64,000 nucleotides of DNA, from assembly GCA_033791445.1 (NCBI GenBank), contig JASJGS010000044.1, positions 833 to 64,832 on the forward strand. The letters run 5' to 3'. The translations under genes and the position numbers were made by a program. This DNA comes from Bacteroidales bacterium (lineage in GTDB: Bacteria; Bacteroidota; Bacteroidia; Bacteroidales; VadinHA17). The number at the start of each line of letters is the position of its first letter. The first letter of the stretch is position 1. The notes below the pieces were generated by a model. The model saw only the letters and a list, made by a program, of their open reading frames with translations, searched no databases and had not been told where the DNA came from. Below are positions 28,550 through 37,796 of this stretch, in pieces.

Positions 28550-29530
28550 TTATAGCTTGTTTTCGCAAGCAGTGGTATGAATGTATTTCCTCATCTTATC
28601 CCGAAAAGTTGAAAGACTTAATCCTAATCTTTTGGCTGCCTCTGATTGGTTTCCATTCGATTCTTTCAGTGTTTCCTTGATCAGGTTAGATTCAACACAA
28701 TGAACAATCTGGTTAAAATTGAAATTCTCATTGATAAAGCAGAGATTGCAAGCTCTAACAATTTGAATTAAAGGAGATTCTTTATTAAACTCATTAGGTA
28801 GGTCTGAAATTTTTATTTCATCAGAACTTATGAGTGACATTCTTTGTATCACATTACGTAATTCACGAACATTGCCTGGCCAGGGATGGTTAATTATTGC
28901 AACCATAGCCTCAGCTGATACTTTCAAGGCTTTATCAGGGGAAAACATTTTGATAAAATGGTCCACCAGCAAGGGAATATCGTCTCTGCGTTCACGGAGA
29001 GGAGGAATTTCAACAGGTATAACATTAATTCTGTAATACAGATCATCACGGAACAGCTTACGTTGCACCATTTCTTTGAGATCTACCTTAGATGCTGAAA
29101 TTAAACGGATATCAATGTGAATTGGACGTGTTCCGCCTACTCGCATTAATTCTCTGGCTTCCAAAACCCTTAAAAGCTTGGCTTGAATTTCAAGCGGGAC
29201 ATCATCAATATCATCCAAGAACAAAGTTCCTCCATCGGCAATTTCAAATAGACCTTTCTTTAGCCTATGAGCACTGGTAAATGAACCCTGCTCATGGCCA
29301 AACAATTCACTTGCCATGAGATCTGATGGCATGGCTGAAAGACCAATTCGTACAAATGAGTTTTGAGACCGGTTGCTTGTTCGATGAATATATTCTGCTA
29401 AGACCTCTTTGCCTACTCCGGTTTCACCAATTAATAGGACTGAGCTATTTGACTCTGTTGTTTTTTTAGCAAAGTCAATGATAGCAAGCATCTTCTCATT
29501 TTTCGTTATAATGGAAAGAGGTCCGCGCAT
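28550..29530 (-). CDS. Sigma54-dependent transcriptional activator (bEBP) consisting only of an AAA+ core and a C-terminal HTH
   Basis: 326 aa. Walker A GETGVGKE, GSFTSA (a GAFTGA variant), Walker B TLFLDDIDD, RVGG, C-terminal HTH AAKRLGLSLSTFRDKMRKY. The AAA+ core begins about 12 aa after the Met. An in-frame stop lies about 22 codons upstream. Confidence 0.9.
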   Translation of the reverse strand: MRGPLSIITKNEKMLAIIDFAKKTTESNSSVLLIGETGVGKEVLAEYIHRTSNRSQNSFVRIGLSAMPSDLMASELFGHEQGSFTSAHRLKKGLFEIADGGTLFLDDIDDVPLEIQAKLLRVLEARELMRVGGTRPIHIDIRLISASKVDLKEMVQRKLFRDDLYYRINVIPVEIPPLRERRDDIPLLVDHFIKMFSPDKALKVSAEAMVAIINHPWPGNVRELRNVIQRMSLISSDEIKISDLPNEFNKESPLIQIVRACNLCFINENFNFNQIVHCVESNLIKETLKESNGNQSEAAKRLGLSLSTFRDKMRKYIHTTACENKL

Positions 29531-29603
29531 TACAGTTTTGTTATTGAAATTAAACTGTAATATACTGATTTTTTTTAAATTACTGTTAATTATTTAACAG
29601 TAA
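29530..29603. repeat. Two inverted repeats sharing a TTAC(A/T)GT core at the 5' end of the bEBP gene
   Basis: IR1: TTACAGTTT (29530-29538) / AAACTGTAA (29552-29560). IR2: TTACTGTTAA-ttat-TTAACAGTAA (29580-29603). Read directly. Confidence 0.3.
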
Positions 29604-29700
29604 AATTGGATTTTAATCTCAAGTTTACTAGATAGACTATTAGATTTACCTGAATTGTAGTTCTGAAAAGGGGGATAGAATATATACGAATATCACGATT

Positions 29701-30741
29701 TTAACAAATCCTGGGTAGCTGTTCTCCGGAAATCATATCAACAATCCGGGTACTACCTATACTCGTTTTCATTCGCACCATTCGCTTCATTTCTGAGCTG
29801 ACAGATCCAATTATTGAAGAATCTCGTCCGGCAGGATGTCTCCTCATTGTCTCCAGGATTTGTTCGCTATACTCTTCAGGGACGATGATTAGTATTTTCC
29901 CTTCATTGGCTATGTATAGAGGATCAAGTCCCAGAATCTCGCAGGCACCTTTTACCTGCTCGGAAATAGGGATATCTTTTTCATTTATCTCAATCCCTAC
30001 ATTGGCAGTTTTGGCAATTTCATTTAAGGCACTGGAAATGCCACCGCGGGTAGGGTCACGAAGTACATGGACCTCCCTGGTAACACTGTAAACTTCATTC
30101 ATAAGATCATTTAAAGGCATGGTATCGCTAATAATTGAGGTTTCGAACTCAAGGCCTTCACGGGAGGACATAATGGCTACCCCATGTTCAGCAATTTTAC
30201 CATTGATTATTACAACATCCCCGGCTTGTGCCCGTTTTGGCCCAATGTTAATATTAGCTGGAATATGGCCAATTCCAGAAGTGTTGATGAATATTTTATC
30301 GCCTTTTCCCTTATCCACCACTTTAGTATCGCCTGTTACTACCTGGACACCTGCTATCTTGGCCGCTTTTCCAATGGATTGAACTATCTGCCAGAGTTCT
30401 TCCATGGAAAATCCTTCTTCAATTATCATTCCGAGGGAAAGGTAACGAGGAACAGCACCACAACATACCAGGTCATTTACAGTACCATTAACTGCCAGGT
30501 CTCCAATGTCTCCGCCTGGAAAAAAAATGGGATTTACTACAAAAGAGTCGGTTGAAAAAGCAAGCTTTCCAGGAAGATCAAATATGGCTCCATCATGCCC
30601 TTCATTTAAAAGGGGGTTTGATAGTTCTGGAAGGAACATCTTTTCAATCAATTGATTAGAAAGACTTCCACCTCCACCATGAGCCATGGTTACCTGGTCG
30701 TAGTTGGTTATTGGAACCGGACATGATACGTTTAAATCCAT
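29701..30741 (-). CDS. hypE: Hydrogenase maturation protein HypE
   Basis: 346 aa. AIR-synthase-like fold blocks and the diagnostic C-terminus ...GEQLPRIC. Confidence 0.95.
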   Translation of the reverse strand: MDLNVSCPVPITNYDQVTMAHGGGGSLSNQLIEKMFLPELSNPLLNEGHDGAIFDLPGKLAFSTDSFVVNPIFFPGGDIGDLAVNGTVNDLVCCGAVPRYLSLGMIIEEGFSMEELWQIVQSIGKAAKIAGVQVVTGDTKVVDKGKGDKIFINTSGIGHIPANINIGPKRAQAGDVVIINGKIAEHGVAIMSSREGLEFETSIISDTMPLNDLMNEVYSVTREVHVLRDPTRGGISSALNEIAKTANVGIEINEKDIPISEQVKGACEILGLDPLYIANEGKILIIVPEEYSEQILETMRRHPAGRDSSIIGSVSSEMKRMVRMKTSIGSTRIVDMISGEQLPRIC

Positions 30742-30789
30742 TACAATTTATTATTATGTTTTATTACTCCTGGCAGTTTACAATTAAGT

Positions 30790-31881
30790 TTAATCCTGTC
30801 GTTTTTTATAATGGAAATATGCTGCACAGGCACCCTCCGATGAAACCATTGGAGCTCCGAGGGGGTTTTCAGGAGTGCATTTCTTTCCAAATGCTGGACA
30901 ATCTGTAGGCTTTTTAAATCCCTGTAAAACTTCACCTGCAATACACAAAGGGGACTCAGGGCTAGTAAATTCCTTTAAATCAAAAACCTTCTCTGCATCA
31001 AAATTTTCATACTCAGGTGAGATGGCAAATCCACTCTGCGGAATAACACCGATACCACGCCATTTTCTATCAATAATTGTAAATACTTCATCCAAAACTT
31101 TTTGTGCTGGAATATTGCCACCTCTTGTTACTACTCTAGAATACTGATTTTCAACCTCAGCTTTCCCATTTTCAAGTTGCTTAACAGTAGCCAGGATTCC
31201 CTGGAGAATATCAACTGGTTCAAATCCAGTTATTACAATGGGGACATTATATTTATTGGCCAGCGGAATGTATTGTTCGTAGCCCATAATGGTGCATACA
31301 TGACCTGCTGCCAAAAAACCCTGAATTAAAGATCCTTGTGCCGATAAAATAGCCTCAATCGCAGGAGGAACAAGTACATGGGAGCTAAGTATGGAAAAAT
31401 TGGAAAGACCTCGCCGGTGGGCCTCGCGAACTGCCATAGCGTTTGCCGGTGCTGTGGTTTCAAAACCAACAGCAAAAAAAACTATTTTTTTATCTGGATT
31501 TTGTTCCGCCAGCTTAACTGCATCCAGTGGGGAGTATACCATGCGTACATCACCACCCTCAGCTTTTACCTTAAGCAAATCATTTTTGGAACCAGGTACT
31601 CTCAGCATATCCCCAAAGGAGGTGAAAATTACATCTTGCCTTGAGGCAATTATGATGGCTTTATCAATTAATTCAAGAGGAGTAACACATACTGGGCAAC
31701 CTGGCCCATGTACCAGGCTTATATCAGAAGGCAAAAACTCTTCAAGATTGTATTTTAATATGGAATGCGTTTGTCCTCCACATATCTCCATGATGATCCA
31801 TGGCCGTGTGACAAGCTTTTTTATCTCCTCAGAAATTTTTCTAACAAGTTCTAAATCACGGTATTCCTCTACGTATTTCAA
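30790..31881 (-). CDS. hypD: Hydrogenase maturation protein HypD
   Basis: 363 aa. (M)KYVEEYRD aligns with the E. coli HypD N-terminus (MRFVDEYR). [10 protein letters not shown] motif. The start codon is TTG (31881-31879). Confidence 0.95.
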   Translation of the reverse strand: MKYVEEYRDLELVRKISEEIKKLVTRPWIIMEICGGQTHSILKYNLEEFLPSDISLVHGPGCPVCVTPLELIDKAIIIASRQDVIFTSFGDMLRVPGSKNDLLKVKAEGGDVRMVYSPLDAVKLAEQNPDKKIVFFAVGFETTAPANAMAVREAHRRGLSNFSILSSHVLVPPAIEAILSAQGSLIQGFLAAGHVCTIMGYEQYIPLANKYNVPIVITGFEPVDILQGILATVKQLENGKAEVENQYSRVVTRGGNIPAQKVLDEVFTIIDRKWRGIGVIPQSGFAISPEYENFDAEKVFDLKEFTSPESPLCIAGEVLQGFKKPTDCPAFGKKCTPENPLGAPMVSSEGACAAYFHYKKRQD

Positions 31882-32003
31882 AACAATTAATTTATTTTTT
31901 GGAGATAAGAAATCGAGTTAGTCAATTTTGACTTAAAACCCTTCGTCTATAGTATTTGATGTAATGTATGACCGGGTCAATCCAGTTTGAAAATGGATTA
32001 TTA

Positions 32004-32264
32004 TTAGCTTTTTACCTCATTATCTTCTTCATCCAACAACCTTTCCATTTCGTCAAAAGTTTCCAGGCTTAAACGGGCTTCCTCTTCATCTAACTTACTT
32101 AGAGCCATCCCTGCGTGGGCAATTATATAATCATCAATACCGGCTTCCGGCAACCATTGAATACAAATGTCTTTTATTACCCCACCAAAACTTACTTTTG
32201 CCATCCTTAAATCGGGGTTACTGGTATCAATTGAAACGATTTTTCCTGGAACTGCTAAACACAT
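32004..32264 (-). CDS. hypC: Hydrogenase maturation chaperone HypC/HupF family
   Basis: 86 aa. N-terminal MCLAVPGKI with the essential Cys2. Confidence 0.9.
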   Translation of the reverse strand: MCLAVPGKIVSIDTSNPDLRMAKVSFGGVIKDICIQWLPEAGIDDYIIAHAGMALSKLDEEEARLSLETFDEMERLLDEEDNEVKS

Positions 32265-32356
32265 ATCGAAATTTGTTTAAAAGTATAATTATAAAAATCC
32301 ACCTCAAAAGTAAAAAGATTAATGCAAAAACCGGCAATAGAGAACAAATCAGTAAA

Positions 32357-33457
32357 TTAATCCTCCCCAACAATCTGTTTAATAATCTCCTGCATTTGAT
32401 TGAATTGTTCCTCCATACTTGAAACAAGCTTGAATTGAGCTCTTGCGCGTTGAAGATTATGATGCTCATGATGAGTCTTGAAATAATTATCCCCATCAAT
32501 GTAGTCTGTGAGAAACCGCAAACCAATAATGAAAGTCATCATCTTTCCAGAAAAAGCCAGATAATCTAATTCATTCTTTGTCAGGAAAGACTTTGTTTCA
32601 CCGAGAAATCCTTTTGAATAGGCCTCAAATAGTTGAAGATCCATTTCTACTTTTGACAGGTCTTTCTCATCCTCATTACCTGTGTTGGTAGAAGTGCGTA
32701 TTGAATCCCCAAAATCATAATGAATATAGCCTGGCATTACAGTATCAAGATCAATAACACATAGACCCTTATCGTGTTCATTCAATAAAACATTATTAAA
32801 TTTTGTGTCGTTGTGTGTAATACGCAGTGGAATTTTACCTTCTTCTCCAAGTCGCTGAATAGTAGTCATCTCTACCGCCCTTACTTCCACGAATTTAATC
32901 TCCGTAGCGGAAAGTTTTGCCCTGTTTTCCGGATCATTTTTAACAGTGTCAAAAAATGTGTCCAGACGTTTTTGCATATTGTGAAAATCAGGAATCGTTT
33001 CAAAAAGAGGTTCCCCTTTCAAGTCAGAAAGGAGGTATTGAAAACGGCCAAAAGTCTTCCCTCCTTCAAAAGCCTGTGATGGGTTTTCCACTCTGTCGTA
33101 ACTACGATTTTTAATAAAAATGTAGAGTCGCCAATAGTTGCCCTCCAGATCCTTGTAAAAAGGTAGGTTTTCAAGAGATGGAATTAAGGTAAGTGTCTCC
33201 CTGTCAGGATTTGATCCAGGGATTTCTTCTAGTTTATTCTTAAGATGGGTAGTTACCCTGAGAATATTGTCCTGTAAATTCGGTACATTTTTAAAAATCA
33301 AGTGGTTGATTCTTTGTAAAATGTAATCCGTAGCATCCCCCTCTTTTGTAGCAATCAGGAATGTGTCATTGATATGTCCTGATCCATAAGGCTTTCCTGA
33401 CTCAAAAGAACCATCTGCTTTAAAATTCGAGAATATTTCCTTCAGATTATATTTCAT
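32357..33457 (-). CDS. APH/ePK-like phosphotransferase, N-acetylhexosamine 1-kinase (NahK)-like
   Basis: 366 aa. Catalytic-loop-like ITHNDTKFNNVLLN and metal-binding VIDLDTV. Length and motifs resemble NahK/LnpB-type sugar 1-kinases. Confidence 0.6.
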   Translation of the reverse strand: MKYNLKEIFSNFKADGSFESGKPYGSGHINDTFLIATKEGDATDYILQRINHLIFKNVPNLQDNILRVTTHLKNKLEEIPGSNPDRETLTLIPSLENLPFYKDLEGNYWRLYIFIKNRSYDRVENPSQAFEGGKTFGRFQYLLSDLKGEPLFETIPDFHNMQKRLDTFFDTVKNDPENRAKLSATEIKFVEVRAVEMTTIQRLGEEGKIPLRITHNDTKFNNVLLNEHDKGLCVIDLDTVMPGYIHYDFGDSIRTSTNTGNEDEKDLSKVEMDLQLFEAYSKGFLGETKSFLTKNELDYLAFSGKMMTFIIGLRFLTDYIDGDNYFKTHHEHHNLQRARAQFKLVSSMEEQFNQMQEIIKQIVGED

Positions 33458-33554
33458 ATTGTATCAATAATTCTCAAAGCATTTTCACATGGCATTGAAA
33501 TGCATAAAAGCTTCTCGGAACCATGTGAAAACATTATATAAACTTTAAAATAAT

Positions 33555-35435
33555 TTAGTCTGCCCGCAGTTTATTAAATGATTTGAAAAGGAAGAAAGTC
33601 CCAATTGCAGCAATACCTAATAGGATAAATCCCTGGCCAGGTTTCAAATATACGAAGCTGCCAATGGAAAATAGACTGGAATAAATAACTATTATACCAA
33701 TGAAAACGAGTAATATTTGTATGGGCATTTCCCAGGCCAATCCTCGATCTTTCAGATCAACCGGATCTCCATCTTCATCAGCCTCTTTAACAACTTTTTT
33801 CCAACCCGGACCACCAGGACGAGTGAGACGATAAAAGCTTCGTAGTGTCTCTGTAGATTCAGGTTTGGTAAGGTAGGTAGTAGCAAGCCACATAATTGTT
33901 GTAGCAAAAACTGCAATAAGAAGCTTGATTGGAAAAACAGTGCTTGAAAGTGCCTTTTCCCCCATTTCGGCATAGTCAGCTGGTAATGGATAAATGCCTG
34001 AGAACATATCAGCCAGAGCCAGGTCATTAACCACAAAAACTAGAAGTATTGCATTAATGGTGGCTATAAACATGGCTGAGATTTCCGACCAGGCATTAAT
34101 TCGCCACCAAAACCAGCGCAGGAGATAAATGAGACCCGACCCTGCACCACTCAAAAGGAGGATATTAAATGCCTGGGTAGCATCTTCAAGGTAAGCTAGA
34201 GCGATGAAGCCAGCCAGGATCATAAGCAGGACAGTCGAAATCCTACCCATCAAAACAAGTTCTTTTTCAGAAGCTTCTGGTTTTACAAATCTTTTGTAAA
34301 AATCATTAACAATATAGGAAGATCCCCAGTTCAGGTGGGTGCCAATTGTAGACATATAAGCAGCTATGATAGAGGCTACTACCAGTCCCAGCCACCCGGG
34401 ATTTAGTTTTGAAAGCATTACTGGATATGCAATATCATCCTTCAGGTATGCATCAGTAATAGCCGGAAATTCAGCTTTGATAGAAGCAAGATCTGGATAA
34501 ATAATCAGGGACGCCAGGGCAACAATAATCCATGGCCATGGCCGCAACGCATAGTGGGCAAAATTGAACAATAAAGTAGCACCAATTGCGTTTTTCTCAT
34601 CTTTAGCTGCCAACATTCGCTGAGCAATATATCCACCGCCACCTGGTTCAGCACCCGGGTACCATACAGCCCACCATTGCACTGCAATGGGAATGATCAA
34701 GAGAGGTATAAACACTGATGGATCAGAGAAATTAGGAGTAAATGAAAGTTTATCCTGCAAGGCTGGATTACTTAAAAGGCCCGATAATCCACCTACTTCA
34801 GGCTGACGAACGGCAACCACAGCCGCCAAAACAGCACCAAACATGGCAATCGAGTATTGAAAGAAATCGGCCCATATAACGCCTTTGAGACCACCCATTC
34901 CAGCATAAAGAACAACAACGATGGATGCCCCAACTACTGTTTGCCAGGGCTTAAGGTTTAGCATCACAGCCCCAATTTTTATAGCAGCAAGAGTTACTGT
35001 CGCCATAATTAAGACGTTGAAGAACAACCCCAGATAGATGGACCGAAAGCCACGAAGAAAGGCGGCTGGCTTTCCACCATATCTTTTTTCGTAAAATTCA
35101 AGATCTGTTAATACATTTGAGCGTCGCCATAACTTTGCGAAGATGAACACTGTTACCATACCGGTAATAAGGAAGGCCCACCAGGCCCAGTTTTTTGCTA
35201 CGCCGTTTTCACGCACCATTCCGGCTACCAGATTCGGCGTGTCAGCCGAGAAGGTACAAGCTACCATTGAGATACCCAATAACCACCATGGCATACCGCG
35301 ACCACCCAGGAAAAATTCCGAAGTATTCTTACCTGCTGTTCTGGAGGCAACCCATCCAATAGATAAAACAATAATAAAAAATACACCCACGATGGACCAA
35401 TCGAGGTTATTCAATGCAATACTTGCTGTAATCAT
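33555..35435 (-). CDS. Sodium:solute symporter family (SSF) transporter
   Basis: 626 aa with about 13-14 TM segments. N-terminal EFFLGGRGMPWWLLGISMVACTFSADTP is typical of SSF. Confidence 0.85.
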   Translation of the reverse strand: MITASIALNNLDWSIVGVFFIIVLSIGWVASRTAGKNTSEFFLGGRGMPWWLLGISMVACTFSADTPNLVAGMVRENGVAKNWAWWAFLITGMVTVFIFAKLWRRSNVLTDLEFYEKRYGGKPAAFLRGFRSIYLGLFFNVLIMATVTLAAIKIGAVMLNLKPWQTVVGASIVVVLYAGMGGLKGVIWADFFQYSIAMFGAVLAAVVAVRQPEVGGLSGLLSNPALQDKLSFTPNFSDPSVFIPLLIIPIAVQWWAVWYPGAEPGGGGYIAQRMLAAKDEKNAIGATLLFNFAHYALRPWPWIIVALASLIIYPDLASIKAEFPAITDAYLKDDIAYPVMLSKLNPGWLGLVVASIIAAYMSTIGTHLNWGSSYIVNDFYKRFVKPEASEKELVLMGRISTVLLMILAGFIALAYLEDATQAFNILLLSGAGSGLIYLLRWFWWRINAWSEISAMFIATINAILLVFVVNDLALADMFSGIYPLPADYAEMGEKALSSTVFPIKLLIAVFATTIMWLATTYLTKPESTETLRSFYRLTRPGGPGWKKVVKEADEDGDPVDLKDRGLAWEMPIQILLVFIGIIVIYSSLFSIGSFVYLKPGQGFILLGIAAIGTFFLFKSFNKLRAD

Positions 35436-35624
35436 AGAATTTATTATTTAGTAAAACATTATTTCCCTTGAAAGCCTATAATCTTTAGGAGAAAATGAAT
35501 TGTATTAATAGCTAAAAAAATACTTGCAAATAAACTTTTTATTGAGACAAATTGAAATAAAATGATTTTATAAATTTGCTAATTGAAACTGATACCTGTT
35601 AATAGTTTCCTGTTAATGCCTGTC

Positions 35625-37040
35625 CTAATATTCATCTCCTTTAGTGGCAAAAATAGGTTTGTGCTTAATCCATTTTCCCCTAGTAAAATCTGGAAAATAC
35701 TGAGGTGCATTGCCCTCTGTAATAGATCTTTCAGATAATGGGGATATGGCACTCCAGGCAGCAGCATCATAAGCGTCAAGTGGTGGTGACTCCTGGCGTT
35801 TTACTGATTCTACGAATGCATGATCAACAAAGAAATCCATTCCACCATGGCCTGAACCAGCAGCATATTCTCCATATTTTTGCCAGAGGGGGTGATCGTA
35901 TTTCTCAAGCCAGCTTGGCAGAACCTCTTCTCCTTCAGCAACTTCAGGGGCTTTATTCATATCTTCCCACTGATGTGGCTTACTTACCCCTTCTATGTAA
36001 ATACGACGGGTATGATAATCGAAATCGCTTATTCCCTTTTCCCCCTGCACTTCAAAATTTAAGGAATAAGGTCTGGGTAAATTTGTGTCATGGGTAACGA
36101 GGATGGTCTCACCATTTGCCGTATTGATCTGGCTAGTTACCACATCACCCAATTCCCATTTAAGCTTTGCATTAGGATGATCTGGCCCGCCATCAGCATG
36201 ATTTACAATGTAATTATGCAAACCCCTGGATTTAGTAGAATGAGATGTAAGAGATACAAAACGGTTGCCTCGGTTTATATTCATCATAGATGCGATTGGG
36301 CCAACTCCATGAGTAGGGTAGAGGTCCCCATTTCTATATAGGGAATGCTGTGTTCTCCATCTTGCTTCTCCATGTGCTCCATCTCCAAACTCAACACCTG
36401 GATCAAATTTCACACCCCTTAGATCGTGCCTATAACCACAACGACCATGCACTAATTCACCAAATACCCCTTGCCTTACCATATTCAGAACCGCCATAAC
36501 ATCCCTGCGATAATTAACATTCTCAAGGATCATAGTAGGCTTGCCGGTGGCTTCAAAGGTATTTACCAGGTCCCAGCACTCTTCAATTGTGTTGGCAGCA
36601 GAAACTTCCACTCCCGCATATTTTCCAGATTTCATAGTATCTACAGCCATTTTGGTATGCCACAACCATGGAGTGGCAATTATTACCCCATCAATTTCCT
36701 CTCTGGCTAGAAGGTCGAGGTAGGCATGCTCACTTTGAGTATAAGCATTAGCTTTATTGACTCCTGCCTTTTCAAGCATATCCTGGGTTCTGTCAATAGC
36801 ATTTGGATCAATATCACAAATTGCTGTAACCTCAACATCTTCTCGGTTGAGAATATTTCTTAAATGACTTCTACCTCGGCCACCAACTCCAATAAAAGCA
36901 ATATTAACTTTTTCATTCTTAGAGGACTTCCCAAAGGCCAGTGTGGGGGCCACAGCAATTCCCAATCCAGTAACTGCTGTTGATTTTATGAATGTTCTTC
37001 GATTTAAATTGGAACGGAATTGAACTGGATTATTTCCCAT
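35625..37040 (-). CDS. Tat-exported Gfo/Idh/MocA NAD-dependent oxidoreductase, GH109-like (candidate alpha-N-acetylgalactosaminidase)
   Basis: 471 aa. Twin-arginine signal NRRTFIKSTAVTGLGIAVAP. Rossmann block VNIAFIGVGGRGRSHL. Size and architecture are typical of GH109. Confidence 0.6.
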   Translation of the reverse strand: MGNNPVQFRSNLNRRTFIKSTAVTGLGIAVAPTLAFGKSSKNEKVNIAFIGVGGRGRSHLRNILNREDVEVTAICDIDPNAIDRTQDMLEKAGVNKANAYTQSEHAYLDLLAREEIDGVIIATPWLWHTKMAVDTMKSGKYAGVEVSAANTIEECWDLVNTFEATGKPTMILENVNYRRDVMAVLNMVRQGVFGELVHGRCGYRHDLRGVKFDPGVEFGDGAHGEARWRTQHSLYRNGDLYPTHGVGPIASMMNINRGNRFVSLTSHSTKSRGLHNYIVNHADGGPDHPNAKLKWELGDVVTSQINTANGETILVTHDTNLPRPYSLNFEVQGEKGISDFDYHTRRIYIEGVSKPHQWEDMNKAPEVAEGEEVLPSWLEKYDHPLWQKYGEYAAGSGHGGMDFFVDHAFVESVKRQESPPLDAYDAAAWSAISPLSERSITEGNAPQYFPDFTRGKWIKHKPIFATKGDEY

Positions 37041-37370
37041 TTTGATAAAGTTAGGTTAGTTTTTTGATGCAAAATGAAGATGTAAATCTAAATTATTCCG
37101 GTTTGGTATCCAAATGTTTTTACTAATTGGTAAATGTATTAATCTTCAAACAATAGCTTGTAGAAATAAAACTTGATAAAAGTTAAATCTTTCGAAGTTT
37201 TGTTGGAAGAGGTTCAGAATAATTGCATGTATCCCATATTTTTTTTAATTCTTTAAAATCAAAGACTAATACAGCCTTTTTAATTGAGGATATATTGATT
37301 AACTTTATGGGGCAATCTAGGAAGAATCCTGGTTTTGATCTACTGATTAATCTAAAATACCTGAAAAGAT

Positions 37371-37796
37371 ATGAAGAAGGAAGAAATTGAGATTACAGAA
37401 ATTGTAAATAGGGAAACCAAAGCCTGGGATACTCAGGATGTAAATTTACTTATTACTATTTTTCACCCTGATATGGTTTGGCCCTGGCCCAGAACAACCG
37501 ATTCCCATGACCCAGTGGACTGGGTAATGGTATTGGGTAAATTCAACAAAGAAAAGTGGAGCCAAGGATGGCAGGACTTATTTGACACACATAACTTGGT
37601 ACATAATAAGAGGGAAATAAAGAAGATCGTAATTTCTGAGGAAAAAGATGGAGCCTTTGCAGTTGTGGATATTGACACCCTTTGGATTGATAAAAACAAG
37701 CGGAAAAACCATTGGAAAGGACGAGTATGTAAAGTGTATTCGAAGATAGGTCATGAATGGAAATTGACTATGCATACCGGGGCATTGGAATATTAA
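37371..37796 (+). CDS. NTF2-like (SnoaL/DUF4440-like) small protein
   Basis: 141 aa. The pattern EIVNRETKAWDTQDVNLLITIFHPDMVW ... GRVCKVYSKIGHEWKL is typical of NTF2-fold proteins. Tentative. Confidence 0.45.
   Translation: MKKEEIEITEIVNRETKAWDTQDVNLLITIFHPDMVWPWPRTTDSHDPVDWVMVLGKFNKEKWSQGWQDLFDTHNLVHNKREIKKIVISEEKDGAFAVVDIDTLWIDKNKRKNHWKGRVCKVYSKIGHEWKLTMHTGALEY

Noticed and set aside
32305-32312. Bacteroidota-type -7 promoter box (TACTTTTG on the minus strand) about 41 nt upstream of hypC, and a similar TATTTTTG at 45940-45947 upstream of the E2 gene.
   Set aside because: An 8-nt degenerate motif is expected by chance in AT-rich spacers. They were not listed as features and would need TSS data.
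22885-32356. The hydrogenase region as a mobile genomic island.
   Set aside because: I found no integrase, transposase, tRNA or flanking direct repeats by eye. Apparent compositional differences were not quantified, so no HGT claim is made beyond the SD observation.
35576-35610. Direct repeat CCTGTTAAT x2 in the spacer between the GH109-like gene and the symporter gene.
   Set aside because: It is short (9 bp), present in only two copies and sits in AT-rich DNA. It is compatible with chance.
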